Assembly: GCA_951406725.2 (NCBI GenBank)
Contig: OX597821.1
Span: forward strand, 53,506,001-53,570,000
Reading direction: 5' to 3'
Source of the DNA: Octopus vulgaris
Taxonomy: Eukaryota
Length of the DNA stretch: 64,000 nucleotides
In this document: one piece after another, positions 12,691 through 26,454 of the stretch
Position numbering within the stretch: position 1 is the first letter of the stretch
Layout of the letters: each line of letters starts with the position of its first letter
The notes under the pieces: model-generated
Told to the model about the DNA's origin: nothing
What the model saw: the letters and a program-made list of their open reading frames with translations, nothing else
The model's database searches: none
Position numbers and translations under genes: made by a program

Positions 12691-13556
12691 CAAATCGTAG
12701 ACCATTTGTGTTATTATTATATATATATATTTTCTTTTATTCTTTTATTTATTTCAGTCATTTGACTGTCACCATGCTGGAGCTCCGCCTCAAAGGGTTT
12801 TACAGCTATAAAACCGTTGGTTATGTTCTGTGAAGAGTAAAATATAATTCGAACAACAAGACAAAGAAAGACTTTGACACATATTCAATCATTAGTTAGA
12901 ATTGTTTCTCTATCAGATCTGCTTTCAACAGAAGTTCATACAGAACTTCTGAGTAAAAGATGTACGTAATATTTGCATCTGCAGACATTATCGTGGCATT
13001 TTTCTCAAACTTGTATCAAAGGTGCGTTCCTACAATATACATTGAGTTTCCCTTACAGTGGGAGAAAACAAAAAGTAAATAAAGATGAAAATATAAACAG
13101 ACTGAAGAAAGATGGACAGGTTATGTACGTTGTTTTTTGGGAAAATACTCAGCACACATATTCACACACACACATACATAAACAGGCATATATGCAGAGA
13201 AACGAAAATATACGAATTTTACCTTATGAGGAATGTTACATATTATGGTAAAGAATGAAAAGGCAGAGTGATAAAACGAAATAAAAATGTAATGAAATAG
13301 AAACAGAGTAATAGTAAAATACAATTAATGAAAAACGGAATAAGTAGCAATGTCGTAACAATATATGTAGAAGTAAAGGCCTAACATTAAAGATAACAGG
13401 ATAGTATGTGACCGAAATGTATAACGCTAAAAGATCTCAGTAATAAGCTCAACATAGTAGAAGGTATTAAACGTAAAAGTCATACCAGCTCTGTAGTGTA
13501 TTTAACCAGCAATAGACATAAATATATAACAGAAAATAGAACAATGGAAAATAAAA

Positions 13557-13952
13557 TCTTTATATATAAAAGTGAGGTTGTGTGCTGTCTGTCTCCTACG
13601 ATTTAGATTCCTAATTACTCCCACATTTTGCGGTGCAGTTTAACCAAAACCGGGTATCTTATAGTCGTGATTCATATCGAGCCCTTCTGGGTATTAGCGC
13701 GCGTCTACGATGAGTCTACGATTAAAAAAAAAATTGCCATCAATTTTTCCCATTTTTTATGCATTTTTGGCATATATAAGGGAAGTAACTCTCTAAAAAT
13801 TTATAATTAAATCTCAGAACGTAAAAAGCTACAGTAACCCCCCCCCCTTTGTGGTTAGCCATATTGAGATGGCTATTATACTTTACTTCTCTAAAAATGC
13901 TTATATAGTTATATCCCTTACAAACCCGAGCAACGCCGGTCGATACTGCTAG
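13557..13952 (+). mobile_element. Non-autonomous Helitron
   Basis: 5' TC, 3' CTAG, subterminal hairpin cccgagcaacgccgg, inserted at A|T with no TSD; near-identical to 63528. Confidence 0.9.
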
Positions 13953-14774
13953 TATATAATAAAATAATACATAAAACCGATATATTCTAAATAGATTCAA
14001 TCGAAGAATGTGCGGTAGGGACGTATAAGGAATTATCAGAAAGTTATAGATATATATATATATAGCTATAATTGATTACTTGAATGTAATAAATGCAAAG
14101 CATACGATAATACCTATACGAAAAAGTTCCGAATGTGTGTAAAAGAGATAAAAAATAATCTATATGTGGAAGTATCTTCACTAAGTGGGGCAGCAGAACG
14201 TTGTCTGCAGTATTATCGAGTGTGGTAGACTTTCAGCGTTAGATAGTAGTCAGGTACGGAAATAATAAGTCCCAGACCTAGGGCAAAGTTAGGCTCATAC
14301 TCAATCATTGAAGTCACTTTTACCTCTCTGTTCATGATCTCCATATAAGGACGCAAGTTTGGACATATGTCTTCTACCATAGAGTTGATACGATCAATAA
14401 ATTGCATGCTTTTCTTTACCCTCCACTCCTCCTCCTCTCTCTCTCTTTCTTACTTCCTGCTTATACACGCACACACACACACATATACACGGGCACACAC
14501 ATACTCACCACACTAGATATGTGTATGTGTACGTTTGTGTGTTTGTATGTGTGTATGTGTGTGTGTCTGTATATATGCATGTATGGTATATGTACATTTA
14601 GTATGATGTATGTACCTTTAATATGCAGCTTTCTTTTAGAAATTAGATGAGTAAATGTTTCCTCCGACGACACGTAGAAGAGAAGTTGATTTTATAACGA
14701 CTGAACTGTTAGAGAGTTATATTTGGCACACCATGTTGGCGCGCATAAACTTTTGCGATCAATATTATATGTTT

Positions 14775-14810
14775 ATTATTGTTTCGCGCTTACTGTACTT
14801 CATCAGAGAT
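14775..14810 (-). ncRNA. Degenerate hammerhead motif
   Basis: Minus strand: CTGATGA-A-GTAC-agtaa-GCGC-GAAA-CAA-TA; canonical core but stems I and III are decayed. Confidence 0.4.
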
Positions 14811-14889
14811 TACACATTTGTAAATAACGCTATCTTTTTAACAGTTTCATTGTTTTCAATAGAAATATAGTATTTGATAAATCTTTGAT

Positions 14890-15164
14890 GTGGAGGCGCA
14901 ATGGCCCAGTACTTTGGGCAGCGGACTCGTGGCCGGTGGATAACGGTTTCGATTCCCAGACCGGGCGTTGTGTTTGTTTATAGAGCGAAAACACCTAAAG
15001 CTCCGGCAGGGGAGGCGGTGACCCATGTTGTACTCTTTCGCCCCAAATTTCTTTCACTTTTTCTTCCTGTTTGTTTACGCTGCGATGGACTAGCGCTCAG
15101 CTCGAACCTGGGAAACCCGCCACTGTGAGCCTGGCTAGGCTTGAAAAGGGCGCATAAAAAAAAC
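14890..15164 (+). mobile_element. SINE family C variant
   Basis: tRNA-like head with GGTTTCGATTCC B-box; GCGATGGACTAGCG block; 3' ctaggcttgaaaagggcgcat shared with 3721; TSD tctttgat (14882-89/15165-72). Confidence 0.85.
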
Positions 15165-16097
15165 TCTTTGATAACTTCATCTAGGAAGGAGCTTACAACA
15201 TTAAGACCGAAATGTTAAACTCTTCTTATACACGACAGAAAACGAAAACGTATTCCACTTTGCCACCTATCATTACTTCTGTAAGATTCTAGTGTTTTAC
15301 GGCTCAATATTTATATTCTAGCATAGTAAAAAACGCTGATTCTTCTAGTTCTTTAATTTACATAATGTTTCCTTGCCAACGTCTCGAAATTTATTATTGG
15401 ATTAGAGCTGTACCTTCCAGCGTTAAAAAGATAATTCATTGTCATCCACAATGAAGGTATGACAAAATGGTTGACAACGCTTCGTGCGTACCTTTTCATT
15501 ATATCTAAGCATACAAAATGTATAGAAAAAATCGAACATTATGTGTTTAAATAATAACATACTATTATTTATAACTATATCGGAAGGTAGGGAAGATATA
15601 GCATGATGCAGGCGCTTACTAGCTTAAATATCCCAGAGCCGTCTGTCATTCCAAATGAGAAAATAAGACAGGTATTAATATAATTAATTAGGTAAGGTCT
15701 AAAAAGGAAATTTTCTGTTAGGAAAACATGATAAACAACTGTGACATTCAAAATCATTATAAATTGAAATGGTAGCAGGGAGATGCAGGAAAATTCCACC
15801 CGTGCTGTTATTTTGTTTTTTAATTGCTCATAGTTATGTCAAGTAATTTAAATAACTGAATGGAATTAAACATGCAGTTGGACAGACATAAATATACTTT
15901 GCTTTCCTTCCACACCTCTCTTCCTTTCTTTCTTTCTTTTTTCTTTCTTTCTCTCTCTCTCTCTCTACATATGTGTGTGAGTATGCGTGTGTATGTTTGT
16001 GTGTGTGTATTTGTGTTTGTGCGTGTGTGTATGTGTGCGCGTGCGTTTGAGCATGTATGTATTTATCTATTTATGTACTTATCTATCTGTCTATCTG

Positions 16098-16144
<47 letters not shown>

Positions 16145-16145
<1 letters not shown>

Positions 16146-16363
16146 AACGTGCCAACAGCGTCGGTCGATGGAGTTTACTGATTCTTGTTACTAGGTATGC
16201 GAAAGTCTCAATGTATTCTTTTCCTCCTGGCGGAGGTTTCCAGCGACCAGTGAAACTTGGAGCCAATTTATTTTCAGGCGACGATCAGTATTGTTCTTTT
16301 TACTGCTCAACATGTAGCCTGTCGACTTATGGAACTGGCGCCAATCAATTTCTTATCAACTTG

Positions 16364-16368
<5 letters not shown>
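16145..16368 (+). mobile_element. Short element between two (TA)n tracts with a degenerate hammerhead-like motif
   Basis: CTC-CTGGCGG-A-GGT...ACC-agt-GAAA-CTTG-GAG at 16224-16262; (TA)n on both sides. Confidence 0.4.
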
Positions 16369-16429
<61 letters not shown>

Positions 16430-16469
16430 GAATGTATGTATATGCATATATACCAGAGTAAACATATAA

Positions 16470-16674
16470 ATGTGAAACAAGATGGGGGAAATAGTGCTCG
16501 AATACCGGAGATAGAATGTTATGCTTTATAAAAATATCGCAAAGACATCACAAAAACCGTCACTCGGAGTTTCAAGTTCCTGTTCGTCGGACAGTTTTGG
16601 TTGAGATCCGACGAACGGGAGCGTAAAACTCTGAGTAACAGCTTTTGTGATGTCTTTACACCTTTATTAATAAA

Positions 16675-16677
<3 letters not shown>
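16470..16677. mobile_element. Fold-back element with two inverted hammerhead motifs, between (TA)n tracts
   Basis: Arms ~16521-16591 and ~16607-16677; hammerhead on the minus strand 16557-16594 and on the plus strand 16608-16641; third copy at 18448. Confidence 0.7.
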
Positions 16678-16714
<37 letters not shown>

Positions 16715-17273
16715 TGAGAGAAGGAGAAAGAGAGAGAAAGAGAATGTATGTCAAGTTTGTTTTAGTATTCCGAATTCACGAATCATTAAAGGTAACTAAA
16801 ATTAAATATATTTAAAAAATAAAGGATTCTTGGGGAACCACGGGTTTGTCTTTAAAATTTTCTTTCAGACTTATGTCTAAATACTTAGCTTTTCAACACT
16901 CCATGCATTAAGTATTTTGCCTCATCGGTCGTTCTGTCTGTCCTAAATAGCTCATCCTACTTAATTCTAACTTTCTACATCGCAGAACTTTCCAATATTC
17001 ATTGTTATTATTACATGACCAGTCCAGTAAATTCTATTATAGTCACGCGTTTTTCTAAATAAATTGAAAGTTGCTGTCACTCAACCCTTGCTTCTTTTTC
17101 TCGAATTCTGACTATTACCTTTCTTGTTCATCCCTTTCTACAATTAAATACTTGGCAAGCTTCACTGTAAGATTCTTCACGACACGGAATACTAATTATA
17201 TTGAAAGATCAGAGAAAACTACTTCAATACTCCAGTCTAATGAACTATCGTAAAAACGTCAAAATGATTCATT

Positions 17274-17274
<1 letters not shown>

Positions 17275-17347
<73 letters not shown>

Positions 17348-17445
17348 TGTATGTATATGTGTGTTTATATATGTATATATATATATATATCTATCTATAT
17401 CTATGTATGTGTGTGTGTATGTGTGTGTGTATGTGTATATATATA
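17275..17445. repeat. (TA)n/(TG)n microsatellite
   Basis: Direct reading. Confidence 0.9.
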
Positions 17446-18138
17446 ATCGAATCATTCGGAAAAGTTGAACTATGAACTGTTACATCATCAACAACACATG
17501 CCCGTATCTTTGTGACTACCGTGTTACTATGAAATGGAGTACAAGTGGATGTCAGCGTTAAACGCGTGCTTCACACAGAACAAACGGAGGAATCAATATG
17601 TTCTTGACTCACGTCTTCTTTAATTAACTCAGGGAGAAGGAATTTATGCCTCAATTTGCTAAAGAATACAAGAGATTAAAGGATGTAGTGAAAATATACA
17701 AGGCAAATCGCATTTTCTTCCCGTCGCAGAAAATTACTGTGATCTTGTCTGTCAAAAAGCACTATAGAACTGACCGATACTACTTTTTTAGTTTTAGTAT
17801 TTACTCAAGAGGTTGTCTTTCTGGATTCAACCAAATAAACCATAACCTAGCGCTAAATTCCTCACTACTTGTCTTCTAGAGAGATATGATAAAAAAAAAT
17901 ATCGGTTTATTACTCACAAAGAGGTCATGCTGTAGATTATTTTACCATTTCGATTACTTCTTGGCCAACACGTGTTATTGCAAAAATGTCGCCGACCCAC
18001 TGTAAGGATATCAGTACAGATCAAAGATCCTGGTAGAGTCTACTAATTCATCTCACGGGGCTATCGCAGTGAGACTGCCAGTTCAATCCACCTGACGCGC
18101 GCGTACACAAACAACACACCTCATGTATGCATACAGAT

Positions 18139-18140
18139 CG

Positions 18141-18194
<54 letters not shown>

Positions 18195-18195
18195 A

Positions 18196-18246
<51 letters not shown>

Positions 18247-18280
18247 GTATATATAAATATCTGCATCTCTCTCTCTCTCT

Positions 18281-18315
<35 letters not shown>

Positions 18316-18368
18316 GTCTGTATATCTATATATATATCTATATATCTATATATATATATCTTTATATA

Positions 18369-18406
<38 letters not shown>
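18139..18406. repeat. (ATCT)n/(TA)n/(TC)n compound microsatellite
   Basis: Direct reading. Confidence 0.9.
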
Positions 18407-18409
<3 letters not shown>

Positions 18410-18447
18410 TAAACTATTCAAATACTTATATATTTATATATAAGGAA

Positions 18448-18485
18448 CTGTTACTCAGACTTCCACGTTCCTGCTCGTCGGACGG
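18448..18485 (-). ncRNA. Degenerate hammerhead motif, same family as 16557/16608
   Basis: Minus strand CCGT-CCGACGA-GCAGGAACGT-GGAA-GTCTGAG-TA-ACAG, pointing into the (TA)n tract ending at 18406. Confidence 0.55.
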
Positions 18486-19447
18486 TTTTGTATAAAATTG
18501 AACAAGATAAAGTTATATGCAGAAATACAATTACTTTGTACACATTTGAAAATAGATTTACTTCATTGGTCCTTTCAACTAACGATCTTTGGAATAACCG
18601 GTTACATGAAATAACAAAGTGCGATTTAAGATCATATTATTATAAAATTCAAAGAAAGTCTTAAGTAAAAAATAGATTACGAAGAAGGAAAAAAGGCCTG
18701 AATACCCAGGGTAAATAATTAGTTGTAAAAATAATAACAAATTAATAAATTAAAAGATATATCCATTTGAAAACTTTTCACGCTAAATTGCATATACAAA
18801 TAGCGATACATACACACACCAAACAATCTATATTACACATATATACACTAAACATACAGACGTAGGTAGATGCCTACATTCATATACATACATATATAGG
18901 CAAAGCATAAATATATACAAATGCATACATATGTATGCACGAATAAACACACTCGCGCGCAAAAACTCCTAGCGTATGTTTATAAAAGTAGTTTTTACAG
19001 GCGAAAGAAAGAAAAGGAAAGAAGCGAAAAACAACAGGGAGAAGGAGAAAGAAAAAAGTGGGAAAGAAGGAAAAGAAATAAAAGAAATAGAAGCGGAAAA
19101 TTAGAAAGAGAAAAGAAAAAATAGATAGAGATATAGAGAGTGAAATTATTGGCGTTCCAATACGTATCTAACGAAAGTTAGATACTTCGTTCAGCTCGCG
19201 AAACATACATATATAAAAACGCACACATAAAATTATATGTATATCTACATAAATACAAACATACATACAAGTACACAAACATATAGATACGCATACAAAT
19301 AAATAAGTACGGAAATACATGCCCACATATATATAAATGTACTTACACACGCATATATATATATGTGTGTGTGTGTGTGCATATATATATATACATATAT
19401 GTTCTAGATACAGATTATGCAAAATATAAGTTCCTATAAGCACACAC

Positions 19448-19492
<45 letters not shown>

Positions 19493-20797
19493 GCGAGAGA
19501 GAGAGAGAATGAAAGGCAAAGATTCCCCTTTAGACTACTTTTCGCTCATTTTAAACTTCGTGAAGCAGAGAGCATTGTTTTATTTCGTGTGTCTTTTTCC
19601 TTGGCAATGTTCTATGCATAAGGAAGTATTGCAAGAATGCAGAATCACCCTTGCTAACATCACCTTCAAATATAAACGTGTACCGAAATGCACAGATATA
19701 CACACACAAACCTGTTCATGTCACCCTACGATGGCCTCAAAGTAGACTGAAATTCGTATGCATATTCAAGTATTTTTTAAAAATATTCTAAATATTTTCT
19801 CATTTTCTCAGATAAATTTTATTTCTCCGTGTTTACAATTCTCTTTTCTCTATTCGTATCTTTATTCTTTGTTTCATTAAATTCTGTGCAATATTGACGA
19901 TGAGTTATCGACATTAGCCGTGTTGTTAAATATTGACAAAATTTTTGCATAAAAGAATATAATAAATGTCTGATAATGCATCTACGACAAAATAAATTGA
20001 ATTAAAATCGTAAAGGTTATTTGTAATTGTTTTTCTTTGTTTGTATTTTTACATTATGAATATTGATTAAATATTTCTAATTAAGGATAAAAACATAGGA
20101 TTTTAGTCTTATGTTGCAGGCCATTTCAAGAAATATTCGATTACCATTCAATTCCACTGCAGCCAGTGAAATAATTTTCCAAGCTTTACTAAGTTGTACT
20201 TTGTAGTCGCATCATACTAAATATGAAAGCCATGGTAAATGTATTGATTGATTTTTAGAAAGATATGTGTATATGCTTATAAACAGTGACGTGGTCATTG
20301 CTAGTGTATATTCTGGTTCATTAGACGAATGAATATATACACTGACATCATCATGTATTAACCTATACATCTCTATCACAGATTCAGTGTCTCGTGTTCG
20401 CAATTGTGTCCTAAATATTAAGACGTGAAATTTCTATCATATAATTGTGGTATTCAACTATTCATGCATAAGATTTCGGGAGAATGTTTAGTTAACAGTT
20501 TCAGTCACTATCATTTCCTATTTTTTTCACTAAACTACGTTATTAGTTGAATTGGTTGAAGGTATGGCTCTCTGAAGATATGGTACGATCCGGAATCCGA
20601 AGAAATTGTGAGTGATTTGCTTCAGCAAAACTTTATCTATATGATGTATTAGATTTAATTTCCCTTGAGGAATGTAAAATCCAAAGTTTGCGAGACTCAG
20701 CTGTTTCTTATTCGGAGAGAGAGAGAGACAAACAGACAGACAGACAGAGCGAGAGAAAGAGAGATCAAAAGAAAGCGTGAGAGAGAAAGACAGACAG

Positions 20798-20839
<42 letters not shown>

Positions 20840-21339
20840 GGGGGAGGTTATGTAGGGGATGCAACAGAGTAAGATGTTTTACAATTCGGAGTGTAGGAAA
20901 ACGTATGAGGAAAAGAGAGGTGAAATAGAATTCTATGAAAGGACAAGGTGAACGTAGTCTATTTTACTTCCTATTGTCGCCATCTATAAAAACTTTAGAG
21001 ACAATAAGCCAACGACAGATAGAGTCTCTGTGAGGTAACTACATCTGCAGCAAAGAACAATCTTCCTCAAATTACGTCGATCAGTCTGAAATATGCTACC
21101 AGTCAAGAACTCCGCATACCGGAAGCCAGCAAGTGTACGGGGCTATCAAGAGAGAATGTGCGCCGTCTCGGGACCTACCTCTCGACGGCATCAATGCACA
21201 CCGGCCCTCTCACTGATATGAAACCCCGCTTGCTAGATCAACTGGTTATTAAATATAGCTTACTATTTCTCTAGTCATTGCTCATCGTCTCTTTTTAACC
21301 AAATCCGGTGGCTAGCCTTCTCCACTGTAACTGTAGTTT

Positions 21340-21640
21340 GGATATCTCTCATACCTCTTCTCCTTCCGTTGCTCTGCATTAGCAATGTTCTCTTCCCGTG
21401 GCACTGTCAGCTCTAGCAAAATTCCAATTTCCGTTCTGTGTTCCATAGGGTTAAGTCCGCACTTTTTTTTTATGAGTGGAAATATTAACAGTCTTTCCAA
21501 ATCCGCCGCCAGCTCCTAGTGCCCCTTATATCCTTTCTCCTCCTTCAGGAAGTATATCCTCCCGCACTTTTCCACTTTTGGGTACTCTCCCCTATTATAT
21601 CCCTCGATATTCTCCATGAGTGCTGCGCTTGTGACACCAA
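21340..21640 (-). pseudogene. HERO/NeSL-type non-LTR retrotransposon restriction-like endonuclease remnant
   Basis: Minus translation (*)ELAADLERLLIFPLI...GILLELTVPREENIANAEQRKEKRYE matches the WxLxxDLxxxLxFP...LLELTVPWEE...RKxxKY pattern of HERO RLE domains. Confidence 0.75.
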
Positions 21641-22618
21641 GCTCTTGATTGTGACGCGATTTGACAAAACATATCTCATCGTCAATTTACTTAGAAAATA
21701 GTGAAAATAATTGAATAGGTACTTGACACTAGACAGAAACAGACTTTATTAATAGAATCATATAAATCTATCTTTACTGTTTTATGTCTCCTGGTATAAT
21801 TCATTTCCTTTTACATAGATATACACACACATGCAAGCAAACTAAGCACAAACAGAAACACACGACAAATTCAAATGTATGTGAGTGTGTGTATGAGCGC
21901 ACGTGTGTGTATGTATGTGTGGGTGTAGGTGTGTGTGTCTTTTATTTATTAACATATATAAAACGTGTCCAACTGTTATACATTTATACTTTTATAGATG
22001 TTACACGAATTCTAAATGAACTAAATATTAACATGAGAAAGAAATCCTTTGATATAAAATGAATTTGTTGTCTACATTAAATTAAAAGTAACTACATCAG
22101 TCCAATACAGATAGATGGTAGAATCTATCAAATATTCTATTTGCTGTTTTCAAATAACCGGGTGAAAAGCTTAAAAACTGGGTAAGACCAGATAAACTTG
22201 AACGTGTGGAATTTTGACGCTAGTGTTAGCGTAATATAGTTTATCAGTAATAGAATAGTGAATATTCAATCTGTCTGCAAAGACAATTACAGGGAGACAG
22301 AAATTGACATTTAAAATTTGCAACATTGTCGAAACTAAAGACATGACTGTACACGGAACTATATCTAATACAATAATCGTACCGTCTTAAAATATTCAGT
22401 CGCGAAAATAGCTTTCATATTTCATCTAGGTAATATGCAAGGAAGAAAAAAATAATAAATCGATTAAATGGATCAGTCTATTTGAGAAGATTTTGTAAAT
22501 ATATATGGTCAATTCTAAACATGGCTTCTGTGCATTAAACTAGACACCCACACCCAGTCACGCGCACAAACACATACACAAATATATATATAGTTTATCA
22601 TTATGAGCTTTAATGCTG

Positions 22619-22652
22619 TTGCTATTGTTGTTGTTGTTATTATTATTATTAC

Positions 22653-22720
<68 letters not shown>
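22619..22720. repeat. (GTT)n(ATT)n microsatellite
   Basis: Direct reading. Confidence 0.9.
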
Positions 22721-22721
<1 letters not shown>

Positions 22722-22955
22722 ATAAACAGAATACATGTCCTATAAATAATTCTTTATGCACAGATTTCATTTTGTGCTGAGGCGATTCAAAAAGATTAGT
22801 TTTTAAACCAGATCACCAATCTTTACAAATATAACAATTCGAAGGCATCTCAATAGCAATATCCGACACGATAAAGATTAAATTAATTTTATCTATTTAT
22901 ATTTTTGCCGCTAAATATAGAACTTTACTGAGCTATGTTTGTCTGCAAATTGAAA

Positions 22956-23338
22956 TCTCTCTCTATATAAACGGCAGTTTGTCTGTGCGTGTTTCTGTGT
23001 GTCTGTTTGCTTGTACCCTCACCCTGACCACGGCTTTCAACCGATTCTGATGAAACTTGACACACACATAGCACAATGTCATAATTCAAAACTAACGCAG
23101 AGAAAATTTTGAAAAGTTTCCCCAGTTCTGAAAAAATCGATAAATTCGACATGGGGTCAAGAATCAGAAACACAAACCGCAAACTGTCTAGGGGACGCAA
23201 CTCCACCTTTTTTTACTCTCAAAAAAAATTTACCATCATTTTTTCCCATTTTTTTGCTATTTTTTGGCTATAACTCTCTAAAAATGCTTTATAGTTATTT
23301 CCCTTACAAACCTGAGCAACGCCGGGCGATACTGCTAG
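22956..23338 (+). mobile_element. Non-autonomous Helitron with a different 5' half
   Basis: 5' TC after A; 3' gagcaacgccgggcgatactgCTAG before T; last ~120 bp shared with 13557/63528, first ~260 bp largely different. Confidence 0.85.
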
Positions 23339-25759
23339 TCTTAACTAAATGTATTTTGAATAAGTCATCATCTTTGTTCGTATAACATGCTTTCAAACAA
23401 TGAAGAGACAGCATTTAATGTTAATATATTTCGCAAGGGAATCATTGAAACATTTGAAGTATAATTTACACCTGGAGTAGAAAACGAATCTCTGACATAG
23501 AAATTTAAGCCATGCATCATCAATGCATAGCTTTTGTTCTTAGCTGACTGTAAGTTAACACTGTCTTACAATCGTTAGACTGTAATGTCTTTTCTGGTTT
23601 CCCAGATTATGAAGTAAAATTTCGTCAGTCAGCATTCATCGATTTTCTAAGTTGAAAATACATCACCATTCATGTACTAAAATGAACACGTTTTCTCCTA
23701 ATAGATATAACGCTCATGATGGCATCTTACGCTAAAGGTACGTGCAATGAAAGTTCTTTGAGAAGCATGTACCTCATGCCCATGAAGTTCATAGGAATTG
23801 TCCTTTCAGTTGATAGTACACCATGATTTCTTTGTAAAAAGCAAAACAAGAAGTGCGGTGAAGGAGTAATTTGGAATGAAAGAAAAATATGGGAAAACAA
23901 AAAGAAAATCAACCGTCATTTTCGATGTTGTTTAATTTATCTTTGCTATTATGGTTAATTGTATTGTCACTCAGTATTAGTATGTATAACCTAAATTTAC
24001 AAAAAAGTTATATATAATTATAATAAAGGCTACAAATCGTTAAGCACATAACGTGCCTAACCATCAGCAAAAGGATCAAGATTATATCGAATTCACATTG
24101 AAGCCGCGTCCGAGCAGGTGTTAGCAGATTCAACAGATCAGAATTGGAACAAAAATCATGCAGAAATTGATGTTAAAAGTTAAATTTATTACTGTCCGCA
24201 ATAGACAATAAGCGGTGTCTCTTGCATTCACCACACACACACACACACACACACATAATACATACATACAGACATACATGCATACACATATCGTTACATG
24301 CGCGCATGTATTGTTAAGATGTTTTCGTTTTACATGATTTTGGATCTGCTCCATTCCCACTGCTGCAAAGCCTTGCCAAATGTCTTTTTCTATAGCGTTG
24401 AATTAAACACCTCTTCGTTGGAGGGTGGTAGATGCAACACATCAGTCCCTTTAACACGTCCACCTTGTTGTAAGTATTAGAACAAAGAGTAATTTACTAA
24501 GAAAAACTTCCGCCTCTCAGTTTCATCTCAAAGTCCTTGTGAAAAGGATCTCAATGCCATTAGCTGAGGAGGTCCTAGAATATATCATAACTGAATGCCT
24601 GTCAAAATACATTCTAACAATTATCTAATGAATTAAGGAATTCAAAGAGACCAATTCATTTGTTGAATCCTCAGAGAATTTTTCAGAATGCTTTGCTTAA
24701 TTTAGTAAGGACTTCAGTGGAAATCCTAGTAAAATCAACTTATCGCATCATCAGGTCGGGCTGGTTAAATAAAGGAATTTTTAAATACTAGTGTCGAAAT
24801 AATCGACTAAGCACCTACCCCCCGAAAAATATGTCCTCGTGAAAATGTTAGAAACAAATAGTTAACACTTTTTGTTCCGAGTTTAGATACTTAAAACGTT
24901 CATTTTATTTAGCAACTGTAGCTGAAAATAGCGTTATTATTCAAAACAAAATTCTATCGTGTGAGTACGTAAGTGTGTTTCATAGTCTGTGAGTAATTTA
25001 AGCATGTATCATGGAAGTTAAGGAAATAGAATAGCAAATACGGTCTCGGTATACACATTATTGAGAATAGCTGTACAAAAGATTTGATTATAACTTTAAA
25101 GTTAATGGCTGTAGTCACATGCTTATTTACGCAAAGAGAGCTGCGAAAAAAAATTAGCATTATTAAAATAAATGAGGTGCAGAAAAAGAGTTGAAAAAAA
25201 CGAAAGAGATAAAAAATAAATTCACTAAACTTCAATGCAAATAGGTGATGGAGTTGAGAAGAAAATAACTTTGTATTTGGTAGAACGCTTTCTTAACATT
25301 GTAACAGCATATTTATTATAATCTGGAGTTATAAATTTTCAACAAAATATATTAAGCTAGAATCACACAGGCGATAACTTAAGTGTTTGGCTCTCCTGTT
25401 TTCTTTATTTATTTCGTCTTGTCTCAGGTTTATTTCTTTTCTGCCTGCTTTGCCCCCACTCTCGTTAGTCACTATCACTAAATTATATTAAAACTTTGAA
25501 ATTGATTAATTTTCGAGTGTTTATTTTCAATAGTTTGTATCTTTAAAATTTCTCTTCAACACCAACAGATTGCGTGTGTAATATCACCGACCAACAAGGA
25601 GATTCGTTTGAGTACATTAATTGCATACGTCCGTCAATATTCGTAAAACTATAGGTCTACTAACATTTTATTCTTAAACTGTTTTAAATAAATTATAGAA
25701 AATTTAATCCATCCCTAACACTGTCACAAATATATTACTAATCAATATAGATTATGGAA

Positions 25760-25984
25760 GGGTGGTGAGCTGACAGAAACGTTAGCACGCCGGGCGAAAT
25801 GCTTAGGGGTATTTTGTCTGCTGTTACGTTCTGAGTTTAAATTTCGCTGATTGACTTTGCCTTTCATCCTTTCGGGGTCGAGTAAATAAGTACCAGTTAC
25901 GCACTGGGGCCGATGTTATCGATTTATCACTTTGTCCTTGTTTATCCATTCTGTGTTTAGCCCCTTATGGCCAATGAAGAAATA
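25760..25984 (+). mobile_element. SINE family A
   Basis: Head ggtggtgagctgacagaaacgttagcacgccgggcg; central gcctttcatcctttcggggtcga block; TSD aatatagaYtatggaa (25744-59/25985-26000). Confidence 0.9.
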
Positions 25985-26286
25985 AATATAGACTATGGAA
26001 AATATTGTTGTTGTTACTGGTTCTTCCACCTACCAGTCAGTCCTGATCGAACAGACCAGTAATAATACCACGCTATACAATTTTCAAACAAAGTCCCTTT
26101 TCTTGCAAAAAGACAAAATTGTAATTTGAAGGATATTCTGCAGTATCTCTAATACGCTAACAGTTCATTATAAATACGTCGGGCTAGCTGAGAATCTCAG
26201 TATGTATCTATATGTATATAACAATACGTTTGGCGTCTGAACGTCTATATTTAAACCTTGGATATGTAGTATTACATAAACGTAAA

Positions 26287-26420
26287 CTTATTTTATCTAC
26301 TCGGAAAGGATGAAAAAGCAAAATCGACTTCGGCGGAATTTGAACTCAGATCGTAAAGAAGGACGAAATGTGGCTAAGCTTTTTGCCCGGCATGCTAACG
26401 TTTTGCCAGGTTGCAGTCTT
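26287..26420 (-). mobile_element. Partial SINE family A/B
   Basis: gaaaggatgaaaaagc...cggcggaatttgaactcaga...gcccggcatgctaacg is the reverse complement of the head and centre. Confidence 0.75.
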
Positions 26421-26454
26421 ATCACAATACCATACATTAATATTACTTATTGAG

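Noticed and set aside
20569-20612. CTGAAGA...GAAATTGTGAG hammerhead-like string
   Set aside because: Stems II and III cannot be formed convincingly.
23047-23060. CTGATGAAAC inside the Helitron
   Set aside because: No stem II between core and GAAA; part of a ccgattctgatgaaactt motif common in Helitron bodies.
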